Below are positions 38,887-48,498 of a stretch of 64,000 nt of DNA, piece after piece. The stretch comes from Alphaproteobacteria bacterium (GTDB lineage: Bacteria; Pseudomonadota; Alphaproteobacteria; Micavibrionales; UBA2020). Position 1 is the first letter of the stretch, and every line of letters begins with the position of its first letter. The stretch spans positions 9,604 through 73,603 of the forward strand of contig JAUXOC010000039.1 in the NCBI GenBank assembly GCA_030682495.1, read 5' to 3'. The notes under the pieces were generated by a model, which saw only the letters and a program-made list of their open reading frames with translations, did no database searches and was not told the origin of the DNA. Position numbers and translations under genes: made by a program.

Positions 38887-39127
38887 TTCCTTGTAGACAC
38901 CCTCTATCAAGAAACTTCTTCGACAGCAAAGGAGATCGCTTGAATCGAAGATTCCCGAATATCAAACCACACGATTCGCGTCAAGAGAGTTTCTTTATAA
39001 AACAGCATTTTACAGAATGATTATGACCTTTCGGACGGGCGCGCCGCGGGGCATTTGACTCGAAAGCAGGGCATATTTCGCGTAGAGTCGGCACAGAAAA
39101 ACGCTGCAAAAAAACAAAGAGGGAAAT

Positions 39128-40534
39128 ATGTCTGACAGTTTTGATCTGGTTGTGATCGGCTCCGGCCCCGGCGGCTATGTTTGCGCCATTCGCGCCGCGC
39201 AGCTGGGTCTGAAAACCGCCTGCATCGAGAAAGACAATACGCTCGGCGGTACTTGCCTTAACGTGGGCTGTATCCCGTCCAAGGCGCTGTTGAGCGTGTC
39301 GGAAAAGTTTTCGCATGCGGAGCATGACTTTGCCGGCCTTGGCATCGATGTGGGCAAGCCGAAGCTCGATCTCAAAAAAATGATGACGCACAAAGATAAA
39401 GTCGTGGCAGCGAATACGCAGGGCATCAGCTTCCTGTTCAAGAAAAACAAAGTGACGCATCTGGTCGGCACGGGCAGCATTACGGCTGCGGGTACTGTGG
39501 AGGTCAGCGGAAAAGACGGTAAAAAAACAACGGTACAGGCAAAGAATATTGTCATCGCCACGGGGTCTGAATCGACGCCGCTGCGCGGGATAGAGGTTGA
39601 TGAAAAACAAATCGTGACGTCCACCGGCGCATTAACACTCGACAAAGTGCCTGCCAGTCTGGCGGTGATTGGCGGCGGCGTGATCGGTCTTGAAATGGGC
39701 ACGGTCTGGCAGCGCCTCGGCGCGAAGGTCACCGTGATTGAATTCCTCGACCGCGTATTGCCGGGTATGGACATGGAAGTGTCCAAGGAAATGAAAAAAA
39801 TCCTCGGTAAACAGGGGATGGAATTCAAGCTGGGTACCAAGGTCACCGGTGCGGAGACGAAGAAGGGTAAAGTGACCCTGACGCTCGAAGCGGCCAATGG
39901 CGGCAGTGCCGAAAAACTGGAAGTCGAAACGGTGCTGGTCGCCATCGGCCGCCGCCCTTATACAGCGGGTCTGGGGCTTGAGAAAGTCGGCGTGAACGTG
40001 GATAACCGCGGCGTTGTTGAAATCGACGATCATTTCCAGACCAATGTGCCCGGCATCTATGCCATCGGTGACGTCGTGCGCGGCCCCATGCTGGCGCACA
40101 AGGCCGAAGACGAAGGCGTGGTGGTTGCCGAAATTATTGCAGGGCAATCGGGGCATATCAATTACGATGCCATTCCGGGCGTGGTCTATACTTTCCCCGA
40201 AGCCGCCAGTGTCGGTAAAACCGAAGAGCAGCTGAAAGAGTCCGGCATCCCCTACAAAACCGGCAAGTTCCCCTTCATGGCCAATGGCCGTGCGCGCGCC
40301 ATGGCGGCAACGGATGGTTTTGTCAAAATTCTCGCGCATGCGGAAACAGATCTGGTCCTCGGCTGCCATATCGTCGGCCCCGAAGCAGGCACACTGATCG
40401 CCGAGGTGGTGGCGGTCATCGAATTTGGCGGCAGCGCCGAAGACATCGCACGCATCTGTCATGCGCATCCGACGCTCAACGAAACAGTCAAGGAGGCGGC
40501 GCTGGCGGTTGACGGCCGCCCGATCCACATATGA
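39128..40534 (+). CDS. lpdA: Dihydrolipoyl dehydrogenase (E3)
   Basis: 468 aa. FAD motif 'VVIGSGPGGYVCAIRAAQLG', redox disulfide 'GGTCLNVGCIPSKALL', NAD motif 'VIGGGVIGLEMG', C-terminal 'HAHPTLNE'. Confidence 0.95.
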   Translation: MSDSFDLVVIGSGPGGYVCAIRAAQLGLKTACIEKDNTLGGTCLNVGCIPSKALLSVSEKFSHAEHDFAGLGIDVGKPKLDLKKMMTHKDKVVAANTQGISFLFKKNKVTHLVGTGSITAAGTVEVSGKDGKKTTVQAKNIVIATGSESTPLRGIEVDEKQIVTSTGALTLDKVPASLAVIGGGVIGLEMGTVWQRLGAKVTVIEFLDRVLPGMDMEVSKEMKKILGKQGMEFKLGTKVTGAETKKGKVTLTLEAANGGSAEKLEVETVLVAIGRRPYTAGLGLEKVGVNVDNRGVVEIDDHFQTNVPGIYAIGDVVRGPMLAHKAEDEGVVVAEIIAGQSGHINYDAIPGVVYTFPEAASVGKTEEQLKESGIPYKTGKFPFMANGRARAMAATDGFVKILAHAETDLVLGCHIVGPEAGTLIAEVVAVIEFGGSAEDIARICHAHPTLNETVKEAALAVDGRPIHI

Positions 40535-41112
40535 TGTACCGCATGAGGATTATCGCCGCCGTTTTTCTGGTCGCTGTTTTATGCGCGCCCCTGCATCCCG
40601 CAGCGGCGCAGCAACCGGATACCGTGGCGACCGAAGCAAATACGCTGTTCGACAGTCTCTGCCTTGCCTATCTTGGCCACGGACACGAAATGCTGGATCA
40701 GGCTTATTCTATCGGCGCTTCCGCCATTCCGCAGATGTTTGCGCAGCAGTTTCTCGGCAAACACCGCGGCGTTGCACTGACGGTTCCGGGCAGCGGCAGT
40801 CTTTACATGCTGGGCTTAACCGAGCAGCCATCTTGTTTGATCGCCGCGCCAGAGGCCAATGCGGCAGCGGTGATGAAAGTCTTTGCCGAAGGCAGCCGCC
40901 GATTGCCTGTCACCTATGGCGAAGTAGACGGACAGCATCAACAGGTCTATGCGGTTATCCGGAAGGACGCTGTTTCGGGTCAGCAGAAGCGAATGATTGT
41001 CATTGCAACCATGTCGCCGCAAGAAGGCGTACGGGGCGTCATCTTGAATGCCCTACCTGCAAAAACGGCTGCCGATATCGGTATTGTGCCTGAAAAATGG
41101 CCGGAAGAATAA
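40531..41112 (+). CDS. Hypothetical exported protein
   Basis: The ATG overlaps the lpdA stop (ATGA). Signal peptide 'MRIIAAVFLVAVLCAPLHPAAA' (the start may instead be 40543). No domain recognised. A terminator follows. Confidence 0.5.
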   Translation: MMYRMRIIAAVFLVAVLCAPLHPAAAQQPDTVATEANTLFDSLCLAYLGHGHEMLDQAYSIGASAIPQMFAQQFLGKHRGVALTVPGSGSLYMLGLTEQPSCLIAAPEANAAAVMKVFAEGSRRLPVTYGEVDGQHQQVYAVIRKDAVSGQQKRMIVIATMSPQEGVRGVILNALPAKTAADIGIVPEKWPEE

Positions 41113-41124
41113 AAGCCGATTAAC

Positions 41125-41158
41125 AAAAAAAGGCCGAAGATATTCTCCGGCCTTTTTT
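41125..41158. terminator. Intrinsic terminator (A-run / hairpin / T-run) between convergent genes
   Basis: aaaaaaaggccgaaga-tat-tctccggccttttttat. The stem has one mismatch. Confidence 0.6.
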
Positions 41159-41175
41159 ATTGTCGATATGCGCGC

Positions 41176-41418
41176 TTAGGTTTTAAACGTCGGCACAACG
41201 CGGTGGCCACCGATGTTTTGCGGCATGCGCTCCAGATCGGGCGCGGTATTGTCCGCGAAAACAAAGCGGATCACCGGCTCGCGGCTGTCGATATCAATCA
41301 CCATATTCACGTCGACGAGTTGTGATGCAAAATCACGCGCCACGCTTTCGATTTGCTGGGCAACGCGGTTGAAAAGACTGTCCAGATCGCGGTCAGTCCA
41401 GTTACGGGGGGAAGTCAT
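41176..41418 (-). CDS. Hypothetical small acidic protein, 80 aa
   Basis: ORF with normal composition lying between a terminator and the hutU upstream region. No family recognised. Confidence 0.4.
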   Translation of the reverse strand: MTSPRNWTDRDLDSLFNRVAQQIESVARDFASQLVDVNMVIDIDSREPVIRFVFADNTAPDLERMPQNIGGHRVVPTFKT

Positions 41419-41612
41419 GGTATCACCTTCTATATCTTGTCTTTTTTATGGTTGGGTTTCGATCTTCAAAAAAATGCGGCGCTGCCGCAAGATCGAAGCA
41501 AGGGAATATCTGCCTGTTTTATGTAACTGTCAACCGCTTTGCAATGCCCTGTTGCTTTATGCGGCAATGGTGTATGGTTTTATATCATTATTTCAAACAG
41601 TTAAGGTGTGCC

Positions 41613-43316
41613 ATGTCTGCTGAACCCGCACGCGTGAACAAACGCATCATCAAAGCGCCACGCGGCAGCGTGCTGAATGCCAAATCATGGCTGACCGAAG
41701 CGCCGCTGCGCATGCTCATGAATAACCTCGACCCCGACGTTGCCGAAAATCCGGACGAGCTGGTTGTCTATGGCGGCATCGGTAAGGCGGCGCGCAATTG
41801 GGAATCTTTTGACAAGATTGTCGAGACGCTTAAAAATCTCAACGCTGATGAAACGCTTCTGGTGCAATCCGGCAAGCCGGTCGGCGTGTTCAGGACGCAC
41901 AAAGATGCGCCGCGTGTGCTGCTTGCCAATTCCAACCTTGTACCGAATTGGGCCGACTGGGCGCATTTCCGCGAACTGGATGCCAAGGGTTTAATGATGT
42001 ACGGCCAGATGACGGCAGGGTCGTGGATTTATATCGGTACGCAAGGGATTGTGCAGGGAACCTATGAAACCTTTGTCGAAGTGGGCCGCCAGCATTACGG
42101 CGGCGATCTGAAGGGCAAATGGTTTCTGACCGGCGGGCTTGGCGGTATGGGCGGTGCGCAGCCGCTGGCCGCCACCATGGCGGGCGCATCGATGCTGGCG
42201 GTAGAGTGCCAGATGAGCCGTATCGAGCGCCGCCTCGCCACGCGCTATCTCGACAAAAAAGCAACGGCGCTGGATGAAGCGGTGGAGATGATCCACGCCG
42301 CACATGCGCAGGGAAAAACGATATCTGTCGGCCTTCTCGGTAATGCGGCAGAAATTTTCCCCGAACTGGTCAAACGTGCAAAGGCAGACCCGAAATTCCG
42401 CCCCGATGCCGTGACTGACCAGACATCGGCGCATGATCCTCTCAATGGTTATCTGCCCGCCGGCTGGACATGGGCAGAGGCGGAGCAAAAACGCCAAAGC
42501 GCCCCCGATGAAGTGATCCATGCCGCCAAGCAATCCATGAAAGTGCATGTACAGGCGATGCTGGATTTCTACGCTATGGGCATTCCGACCCTCGACTACG
42601 GCAATAATATCCGTGCGATGGCCGAGGAGGAGGGGCTCGAAAACGCTTTCGGCTTTCCGGGATTTGTGCCCGCCTATATCCGCCCGCTGTTTTGCCGAGG
42701 CATTGGCCCGTTCCGCTGGGCGGCGCTGTCGGGTGATCCGGACGATATTTATAAAACCGACGCGAAGGTCAAAGAACTGCTACCTGACAATAAACATCTG
42801 CACAACTGGCTCGATATGGCGAGGGAACGCATCCAGTTTCAAGGGCTGCCCGCGCGGATTTGCTGGGTGGGGCTGGGCGACCGCGCACGCCTCGGCCTTG
42901 CGTTTAATGACATGGTAAAAAGCGGCGAGCTTTCCGCGCCGGTCGTCATCGGTCGCGACCATCTGGACAGCGGCTCCGTCGCCAGCCCTAACCGCGAAAC
43001 GGAAGCGATGAAAGACGGATCGGATGCTGTATCCGACTGGCCGCTCTTGAATGCGCTTTTGAATACCGCCAGCGGCGCGACATGGGTATCGCTGCATCAT
43101 GGCGGTGGTGTCGGCATGGGGTTTTCGCAGCACAGCGGCATGGTCGTTGTCGCGGATGGTACCGACGATGCCGCCCGCCGCTTGCAAAACGTGCTGACCA
43201 ATGACCCCGCCACAGGCGTGATGCGCCACGCCGATGCCGGGTATGATATCGCCATCGACTGCGCGCGTGAAAAGAAACTGCACCTGCCCATGATTTCCGG
43301 TGCCAAAGGAGCCTAG
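41613..43316 (+). CDS. hutU: Urocanate hydratase
   Basis: 567 aa from ATG 41613. '[26 protein letters not shown]', '[16 protein letters not shown]' and '[12 protein letters not shown]' are HutU blocks. Confidence 0.95.
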   Translation: MSAEPARVNKRIIKAPRGSVLNAKSWLTEAPLRMLMNNLDPDVAENPDELVVYGGIGKAARNWESFDKIVETLKNLNADETLLVQSGKPVGVFRTHKDAPRVLLANSNLVPNWADWAHFRELDAKGLMMYGQMTAGSWIYIGTQGIVQGTYETFVEVGRQHYGGDLKGKWFLTGGLGGMGGAQPLAATMAGASMLAVECQMSRIERRLATRYLDKKATALDEAVEMIHAAHAQGKTISVGLLGNAAEIFPELVKRAKADPKFRPDAVTDQTSAHDPLNGYLPAGWTWAEAEQKRQSAPDEVIHAAKQSMKVHVQAMLDFYAMGIPTLDYGNNIRAMAEEEGLENAFGFPGFVPAYIRPLFCRGIGPFRWAALSGDPDDIYKTDAKVKELLPDNKHLHNWLDMARERIQFQGLPARICWVGLGDRARLGLAFNDMVKSGELSAPVVIGRDHLDSGSVASPNRETEAMKDGSDAVSDWPLLNALLNTASGATWVSLHHGGGVGMGFSQHSGMVVVADGTDDAARRLQNVLTNDPATGVMRHADAGYDIAIDCAREKKLHLPMISGAKGA

Positions 43317-43318
43317 AG

Positions 43319-44860
43319 ATGAAAAAAATCGTAATCGAACCCGGCGAAATCAGCCTGTCCCTGCTGCGCATGGTGGCCAAACATCATTTCCCTATCGCGC
43401 TGGCGCCGTCGGCTTATAAAAATATTGATCTGTCGCATCGGCATATCAAAAACATCATCGATGATGGCCAGACGGTCTATAGCATCAATACCGGCTTTGG
43501 CGCGCTGGCCAAGGTGCGCATCGACCCTGCCCATTTTGAATCTTTGCAGCGTAACCTTATCTTGTCGCATGCGGCCGGTGTCGGGCGTTTTATGGATGAC
43601 GATATTGTGCGGCTGATTTTGCTGCTCAAGATTAATGCGCTGTCGCAAGGATACTCCGGTGTTCGCCGCGAGGTTGTTGATTTCCTGATTGAACTCTATA
43701 ACCGCGAGATTTATCCCTGTATTCCCGAAAAAGGATCCGTCGGTGCTTCGGGCGATCTGGCGCCGTTGGCGCATCTGGCGCTGCCGCTGATCGGGGCGGG
43801 GCAGGTACGTGTCGGCGGCATGCTCAAAGACGCACGCATGGAAATGAAAAAGCAGGGGCTCAAGCCGCTGCAACTGGCGCCCAAAGAAGGACTCGCGCTC
43901 ATCAACGGCACGCAGGTATCTGCTGCGCTGGCGCTGCGCGGCCTTTTCCGTGCCGAAGACTGCTTTGCGGCGGCGGTGGTCGCGGGGGCGCTTACCGTGG
44001 ATGCGGTCAAGGGCTCGACAACGCCTTTCGACCCCGATATCCAGCGGGTACGCCGTCAAAAAGGACAGATCGACGTTGCAAAAGTTTATATCAATCTGCT
44101 GAAAGGCAGCGCCATCCGCAAATCGCACGAAGGTGTAGACGACCAGAAAGTGCAAGATCCTTATTCCATCCGCTGCATGCCGCAGGTGATGGGAACGTGC
44201 CTCGACCATATCCGCTTTGCGGCCGATATCTTTTTGAACGAAGCGAATGCGGTCACAGATAATCCGCTGGTCTTTCTTGAAACCGGCGAAGTAAAATCCG
44301 GAGGCAATTTCCATGCGGAGCCGATTGCGATGGCGGCAGACAGCCTCGCCCTTGCGGTCGCCGAAATCGGCGGCATGAGCGAGCGGCGCATCGCCATGTT
44401 GATCGACAGCAAAATGAGCGGCTTGCCGCCGTTTTTGGTCAAAGATGCCGGCGTTAATTCCGGCTTTATGATCGCACATGTGACGGCCGCGGCCTTGACA
44501 TCGGAAAACAAGATGCTGGCGCATCCTGCCTGCGTTGACAGCATTCCGACATCGGCCAATCAGGAAGATCATGTCAGTATGGCCACGCACGGCGCGCGCA
44601 GGCTTAATGATATGGCGACGAATACGGCGAATATTGTGGGCATCGAACTGCTGGCGGCGGCGCAGGGAATTGATTTTCAGCTGCCGTTGCTAACCTCCCG
44701 ACCGCTGCAAGACGTGATGCATATTTTACGCGCGCAGGTCAGCCATTACAGCGAAGACCACTATTTTGCGCCCGATATCCGTATTGCCACACGGCTGGTG
44801 GAGGCGGGGGCATTCCTTCCCTTCGTCGGGCGCAAGACCTTGCCGTCTTTTGCGGCATAA
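43319..44860 (+). CDS. hutH: Histidine ammonia-lyase
   Basis: 513 aa. MIO-forming 'GSVGASGDLAPLAHL' motif, 'YSINTGFG', 'QDPYSIRC'. Confidence 0.95.
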   Translation: MKKIVIEPGEISLSLLRMVAKHHFPIALAPSAYKNIDLSHRHIKNIIDDGQTVYSINTGFGALAKVRIDPAHFESLQRNLILSHAAGVGRFMDDDIVRLILLLKINALSQGYSGVRREVVDFLIELYNREIYPCIPEKGSVGASGDLAPLAHLALPLIGAGQVRVGGMLKDARMEMKKQGLKPLQLAPKEGLALINGTQVSAALALRGLFRAEDCFAAAVVAGALTVDAVKGSTTPFDPDIQRVRRQKGQIDVAKVYINLLKGSAIRKSHEGVDDQKVQDPYSIRCMPQVMGTCLDHIRFAADIFLNEANAVTDNPLVFLETGEVKSGGNFHAEPIAMAADSLALAVAEIGGMSERRIAMLIDSKMSGLPPFLVKDAGVNSGFMIAHVTAAALTSENKMLAHPACVDSIPTSANQEDHVSMATHGARRLNDMATNTANIVGIELLAAAQGIDFQLPLLTSRPLQDVMHILRAQVSHYSEDHYFAPDIRIATRLVEAGAFLPFVGRKTLPSFAA

Positions 44861-44875
44861 GGCGGGGGCGCGGCT

Positions 44876-45676
44876 ATGCAGGTGCGTAAGCTTTTTCAGG
44901 GGAGTACACCCTTGCTTGTCAGTATTCCGCATATGGGCACCTATTTGCCTGCGGATATTAAACAGCGTCTGACACCGCTTGGCCGCACCCTACCCGATAC
45001 GGACTGGCATCTGGATCAGCTCTATGACTTTGCACCGGCGCTTGGCGCAGGGGTTCTTATGTCGACGCATTCGCGCTATGTCGTCGATCTAAACCGTGCG
45101 CAGGAAGATACCGATCTCTATCCCGGTCAGGTCAAAACCGGTCTGTGCCCGCTGCAAACGTTTGATGGCGAGGATATCTATGCCGAGGGCGAAACGCCCG
45201 ATGACATTGAAAAGATCAATCGTATCGCCGCCTATTGGTTGCCTTATCATGAGGCGCTGGCAGCCGAAATTGCGCGCATTAAATCGGTTTTCGGCTATGC
45301 GATTTTATACGACGCCCATTCGATCCGCGCCGAAGTGCCAAGGCTTTTTGACGGCCGTTTGTGGGATTTGAACTTGGGTACTGCACATGACAGCACCTGC
45401 GACGCCGCAATGTCGCAAGCGGCGCTGGCGGCGGCAGCTTCCGGAGATTATTCGGCGGTTCTCAACAAACGCTTTGTCGGGGGGCATATCACGCGGCACT
45501 ACGGACGCCCTGCCGAAAACGTGCATGCCATACAGATGGAATTGACATGGGATTTGTATATGGATGCAGGTGCGCCCTATCATTACCGTGCAGACAAGGC
45601 CGATCAGCTTAAACCGGTTTTGCGCGCTGTGCTGCAATCCCTGCTGGATTGGGGGCGCAGCCGCTACGGGGCCTGA
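44876..45676 (+). CDS. hutG: N-formylglutamate deformylase (amidohydrolase)
   Basis: 266 aa. 'LLVSIPHMGTYLP', 'THSRYVVDLNR', 'ILYDAHSI' and 'FVGGHITRHYG' are FGase family blocks. Co-directional with hutUH. Confidence 0.85.
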   Translation: MQVRKLFQGSTPLLVSIPHMGTYLPADIKQRLTPLGRTLPDTDWHLDQLYDFAPALGAGVLMSTHSRYVVDLNRAQEDTDLYPGQVKTGLCPLQTFDGEDIYAEGETPDDIEKINRIAAYWLPYHEALAAEIARIKSVFGYAILYDAHSIRAEVPRLFDGRLWDLNLGTAHDSTCDAAMSQAALAAAASGDYSAVLNKRFVGGHITRHYGRPAENVHAIQMELTWDLYMDAGAPYHYRADKADQLKPVLRAVLQSLLDWGRSRYGA

Positions 45677-45678
45677 TG

Positions 45679-46905
45679 TTATCCCGCAAACCCGTGCCAT
45701 TCACCGGATTTGACAACGCCGACGGCGGGGTTGTTGCCGAACATATAGCAAAGGTCGCGCGGGTGCGTGATATCCCACAGAACAAAATCCGCGGCCTTGC
45801 CTTTTTCCAGTGTGCCGATGTCATCTTGCCAGCCGAGCGCGCGCGCGGCGTGAAGGGTGGCGCCTGCCAAGGCCTCTTCGGGCGTCAGACGAAACAGGGT
45901 ACAGGCCATATTGAGCATCAACAGTAATGATAAACAGGGCGATGTGCCGGGGTTATGATCGGTGGCCACGGCCATGGATACGCCGTATTGGCGCAGCAAA
46001 TCCACCGGCGGCAGCTGCTTTTCACGCAGGAAATAAAACGCACCGGGCAGCAGGACGGCAACCGTGCCTGCGTCTTTCATCGCGCGTACGCCGTCTTCGT
46101 CCAGATATTCCAGATGATCCGCCGACAGCGCCTGATACTGCGCCGCCAGCCGCGCGCCGTGCAGGTTCGACAGTTGCTCGGCATGCAGTTTGACCGGTAA
46201 GCCAAGGTTGCGCGCGGTATCGAAGATACGCTGTACTTGTCCTGCGCTAAAGGCGATGTTTTCGCAAAAGGCGTCTACAGCATCAATCAGGCCTTCGGCG
46301 GTCAGCGTGGGCAGCATCTCGGCGCAAATCATGTCGATATAATCGTCGCCGCGCCCTGCGAATTCGGGCGGCAGGGCATGGGCACCCAGAAATGTACGCT
46401 GCACGCGAAAACCGTAATCATCACGCAGGCGCGTGGCGACCCGCAGCAGTTTGCGTTCGCTTGCCGTATCAAGGCCATAACCGGATTTGATTTCAAAAGA
46501 CGTGACACCCTGCCGGAACAGCGTCAGCAGGCGAAACAGGGTTTGATCAAAAATGATATCTTCGGATGTTTCGCGGACGCTTTGGACACTGGCATTGATA
46601 CCGCCACCGGCCGCCGCGATGTCCTGATACGAGACGCCGTGCAGCCGTTGTTCGAATTCATTTGCGCGGCTGCCGGCATAGGCCAAATGGGTATGGCAGT
46701 CGATCAATCCGGGGGTGACCCATTTTCCTTCACCGTCGAGGACGTAATCGCTGAGCGTATCGGGTGCGCCGGGTAAATCTTTTTTGTCGCCGATCCAGTC
46801 GATGCGACCGTCTTTGATACCGATCACGGCGTTATTGATAATGCCATAACCGTCACCTGCGGCCATTGTTGCGACATTGATATTTTTCCAGAGCGTATCA
46901 AACAT
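45679..46905 (-). CDS. hutI: Imidazolonepropionase
   Basis: 408 aa. 'GLIDCHTHL', 'SGYGLD', 'KLHAEQLS', 'ADHLEYL' and 'VATDHNPG' are amidohydrolase/HutI motifs. Confidence 0.93.
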   Translation of the reverse strand: MFDTLWKNINVATMAAGDGYGIINNAVIGIKDGRIDWIGDKKDLPGAPDTLSDYVLDGEGKWVTPGLIDCHTHLAYAGSRANEFEQRLHGVSYQDIAAAGGGINASVQSVRETSEDIIFDQTLFRLLTLFRQGVTSFEIKSGYGLDTASERKLLRVATRLRDDYGFRVQRTFLGAHALPPEFAGRGDDYIDMICAEMLPTLTAEGLIDAVDAFCENIAFSAGQVQRIFDTARNLGLPVKLHAEQLSNLHGARLAAQYQALSADHLEYLDEDGVRAMKDAGTVAVLLPGAFYFLREKQLPPVDLLRQYGVSMAVATDHNPGTSPCLSLLLMLNMACTLFRLTPEEALAGATLHAARALGWQDDIGTLEKGKAADFVLWDITHPRDLCYMFGNNPAVGVVKSGEWHGFAG

Positions 46906-46970
46906 GGCTTGGCCTTTTGCAGATGTGGATATACATTTATAAATGATTTTTTGATCAAGGAATATACGGC

Positions 46971-48353
46971 ATGACCACGATTTTCGCCCCCCAAGCGCTG
47001 CTGCCCGATGGTTGGGCTGAGAACGTCCTGATCGAATACGATAAGGAGGGCTGGATCGTCGGGGTCGACAGCTTTAAAACCGCGCCGCCCGCAGATGGCC
47101 GCGCCGATATCGTCACCGGTCCGTTGATCCCCGGCATGCCCAATGTCCATTCCCATGCTTTTCAGCGCGCCATGGCGGGGCTGACCGAGCGTGCTATCGG
47201 CAAAAAAGACAATTTCTGGAGTTGGCGCGAGACGATGTACCGTTTCCTCGCCTTTCTGACGCCGGAGGATATGGAGGCGCTGGCCGCCTATGTCTATGTC
47301 GAAATGCTGAAGGCCGGATATACCACTGTCGGCGAATTTCACTATATCCACAACGACGTGGAGGGGAATCCCTATGCCGACCCTGCCGCCATGTCGCGGC
47401 AGATGATTCGTGCGGCGCTTGAAACCGGTATCGGCATTACGCATATGCCGGTGCTGTATGCGCATGGCGGCTTTGGCGAAAAACCGCCCGCCGAAGGACA
47501 AAAGCGATTTATCGGCGATGTGGGCAGCGTGATGCGGATCGTGGAAAATCTCTATGGCGAATTTTCGAGCGTGCCGCAGGTGACCATCGGCTTCGCGCAT
47601 CACTCTCTGCGTGCCGTATCGCCTGCGATGCTGCGCGAAGGGACGGATGCCGTGCGCCGCCTGCTGCCCGATGCGCCCATTCACATCCACGCGGCAGAAC
47701 AGATGGCAGAGGTAGACGGCTGCCTTGAATGGTCAAACAAACGCCCTGTTGAATGGCTGCTGGAAAACGCGCGCGTCGATAACAAATGGTGCTTTATTCA
47801 CTGCACCCATATGACGCCGGAAGAAACCCGCGCGCTGGCCGCCTCCGGCGTTGTGGCCGGTCTGTGTCCGACGACCGAGGCGAACCTTGGCGACGGTATA
47901 TTTCCGCTGGTTGATTACTTTCAGGCGGGCGGCGCCTTCGCTATCGGTTCTGACAGTCATATCAGCGTGAATATGGTGGAAGAGCTGCGCTGGCTTGAAT
48001 ACGTACAGCGTCTGTTGCACCGTGAACGCACCCTTATCAAAGATCATGAACTGCCGTCAGTAGGTGCGATGCTTTTTGAACGGGCAACGCAGGGTGGGGC
48101 GCAGGCGCTTGGACGCAAATGCGGGCGCATCGACATTGGCCACCGTGCGGATTTTATCGTGCTGGATCCGAACATGGGCGTGATGACGGGCAAGCTGCGC
48201 GATCATATCCTCGATACCGCCATTTTTGCCGCCAGCCGCAACCCCGTGAAGGACGTCATGGCGGGCGGGCGCTGGGTGGTGCAGAACGGCCACCACAAAC
48301 GCGAAGACCAATACCGCGCGCGTTTCCGCGAGGTGCTGGCAAAGGTCGTCTGA
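46971..48353 (+). CDS. hutF: Formimidoylglutamate deiminase
   Basis: 460 aa amidohydrolase. '[13 protein letters not shown]', 'IHIHAAEQ', 'FIHCTHM' and 'IGSDSH'. Its size and partnership with hutG fit the HutF route. Confidence 0.85.
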   Translation: MTTIFAPQALLPDGWAENVLIEYDKEGWIVGVDSFKTAPPADGRADIVTGPLIPGMPNVHSHAFQRAMAGLTERAIGKKDNFWSWRETMYRFLAFLTPEDMEALAAYVYVEMLKAGYTTVGEFHYIHNDVEGNPYADPAAMSRQMIRAALETGIGITHMPVLYAHGGFGEKPPAEGQKRFIGDVGSVMRIVENLYGEFSSVPQVTIGFAHHSLRAVSPAMLREGTDAVRRLLPDAPIHIHAAEQMAEVDGCLEWSNKRPVEWLLENARVDNKWCFIHCTHMTPEETRALAASGVVAGLCPTTEANLGDGIFPLVDYFQAGGAFAIGSDSHISVNMVEELRWLEYVQRLLHRERTLIKDHELPSVGAMLFERATQGGAQALGRKCGRIDIGHRADFIVLDPNMGVMTGKLRDHILDTAIFAASRNPVKDVMAGGRWVVQNGHHKREDQYRARFREVLAKVV

Positions 48354-48498
48354 TGGTGGAATATATATTTCATAATATAAAAATTTAATTTCAAAATAGG
48401 AATAAAACCGGCATTTTCTGTGCTGCTATGGCTAGGCAGCGCCGCCGTATTCCCCTAATATCGCCACAGTCAAAAAATCAAAATCAGGAGTACACGCA

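Noticed and set aside
38940-39020. 26-codon mini-ORF (TTG start 5 nt after AAGGAG) upstream of lpdA.
   Set aside because: It rests only on an SD-like sequence with a non-ATG start. Conservation and coding signal cannot be assessed, so it is mentioned under the spacer finding rather than called as a CDS.
41419-41612. Search for a HutC-type palindromic operator or other regulator site upstream of hutU.
   Set aside because: Only weak, imperfect symmetry was found ('atggttttatatcat', and the cgatctt/aagatcg stem). Nothing is convincing enough to report as a site.
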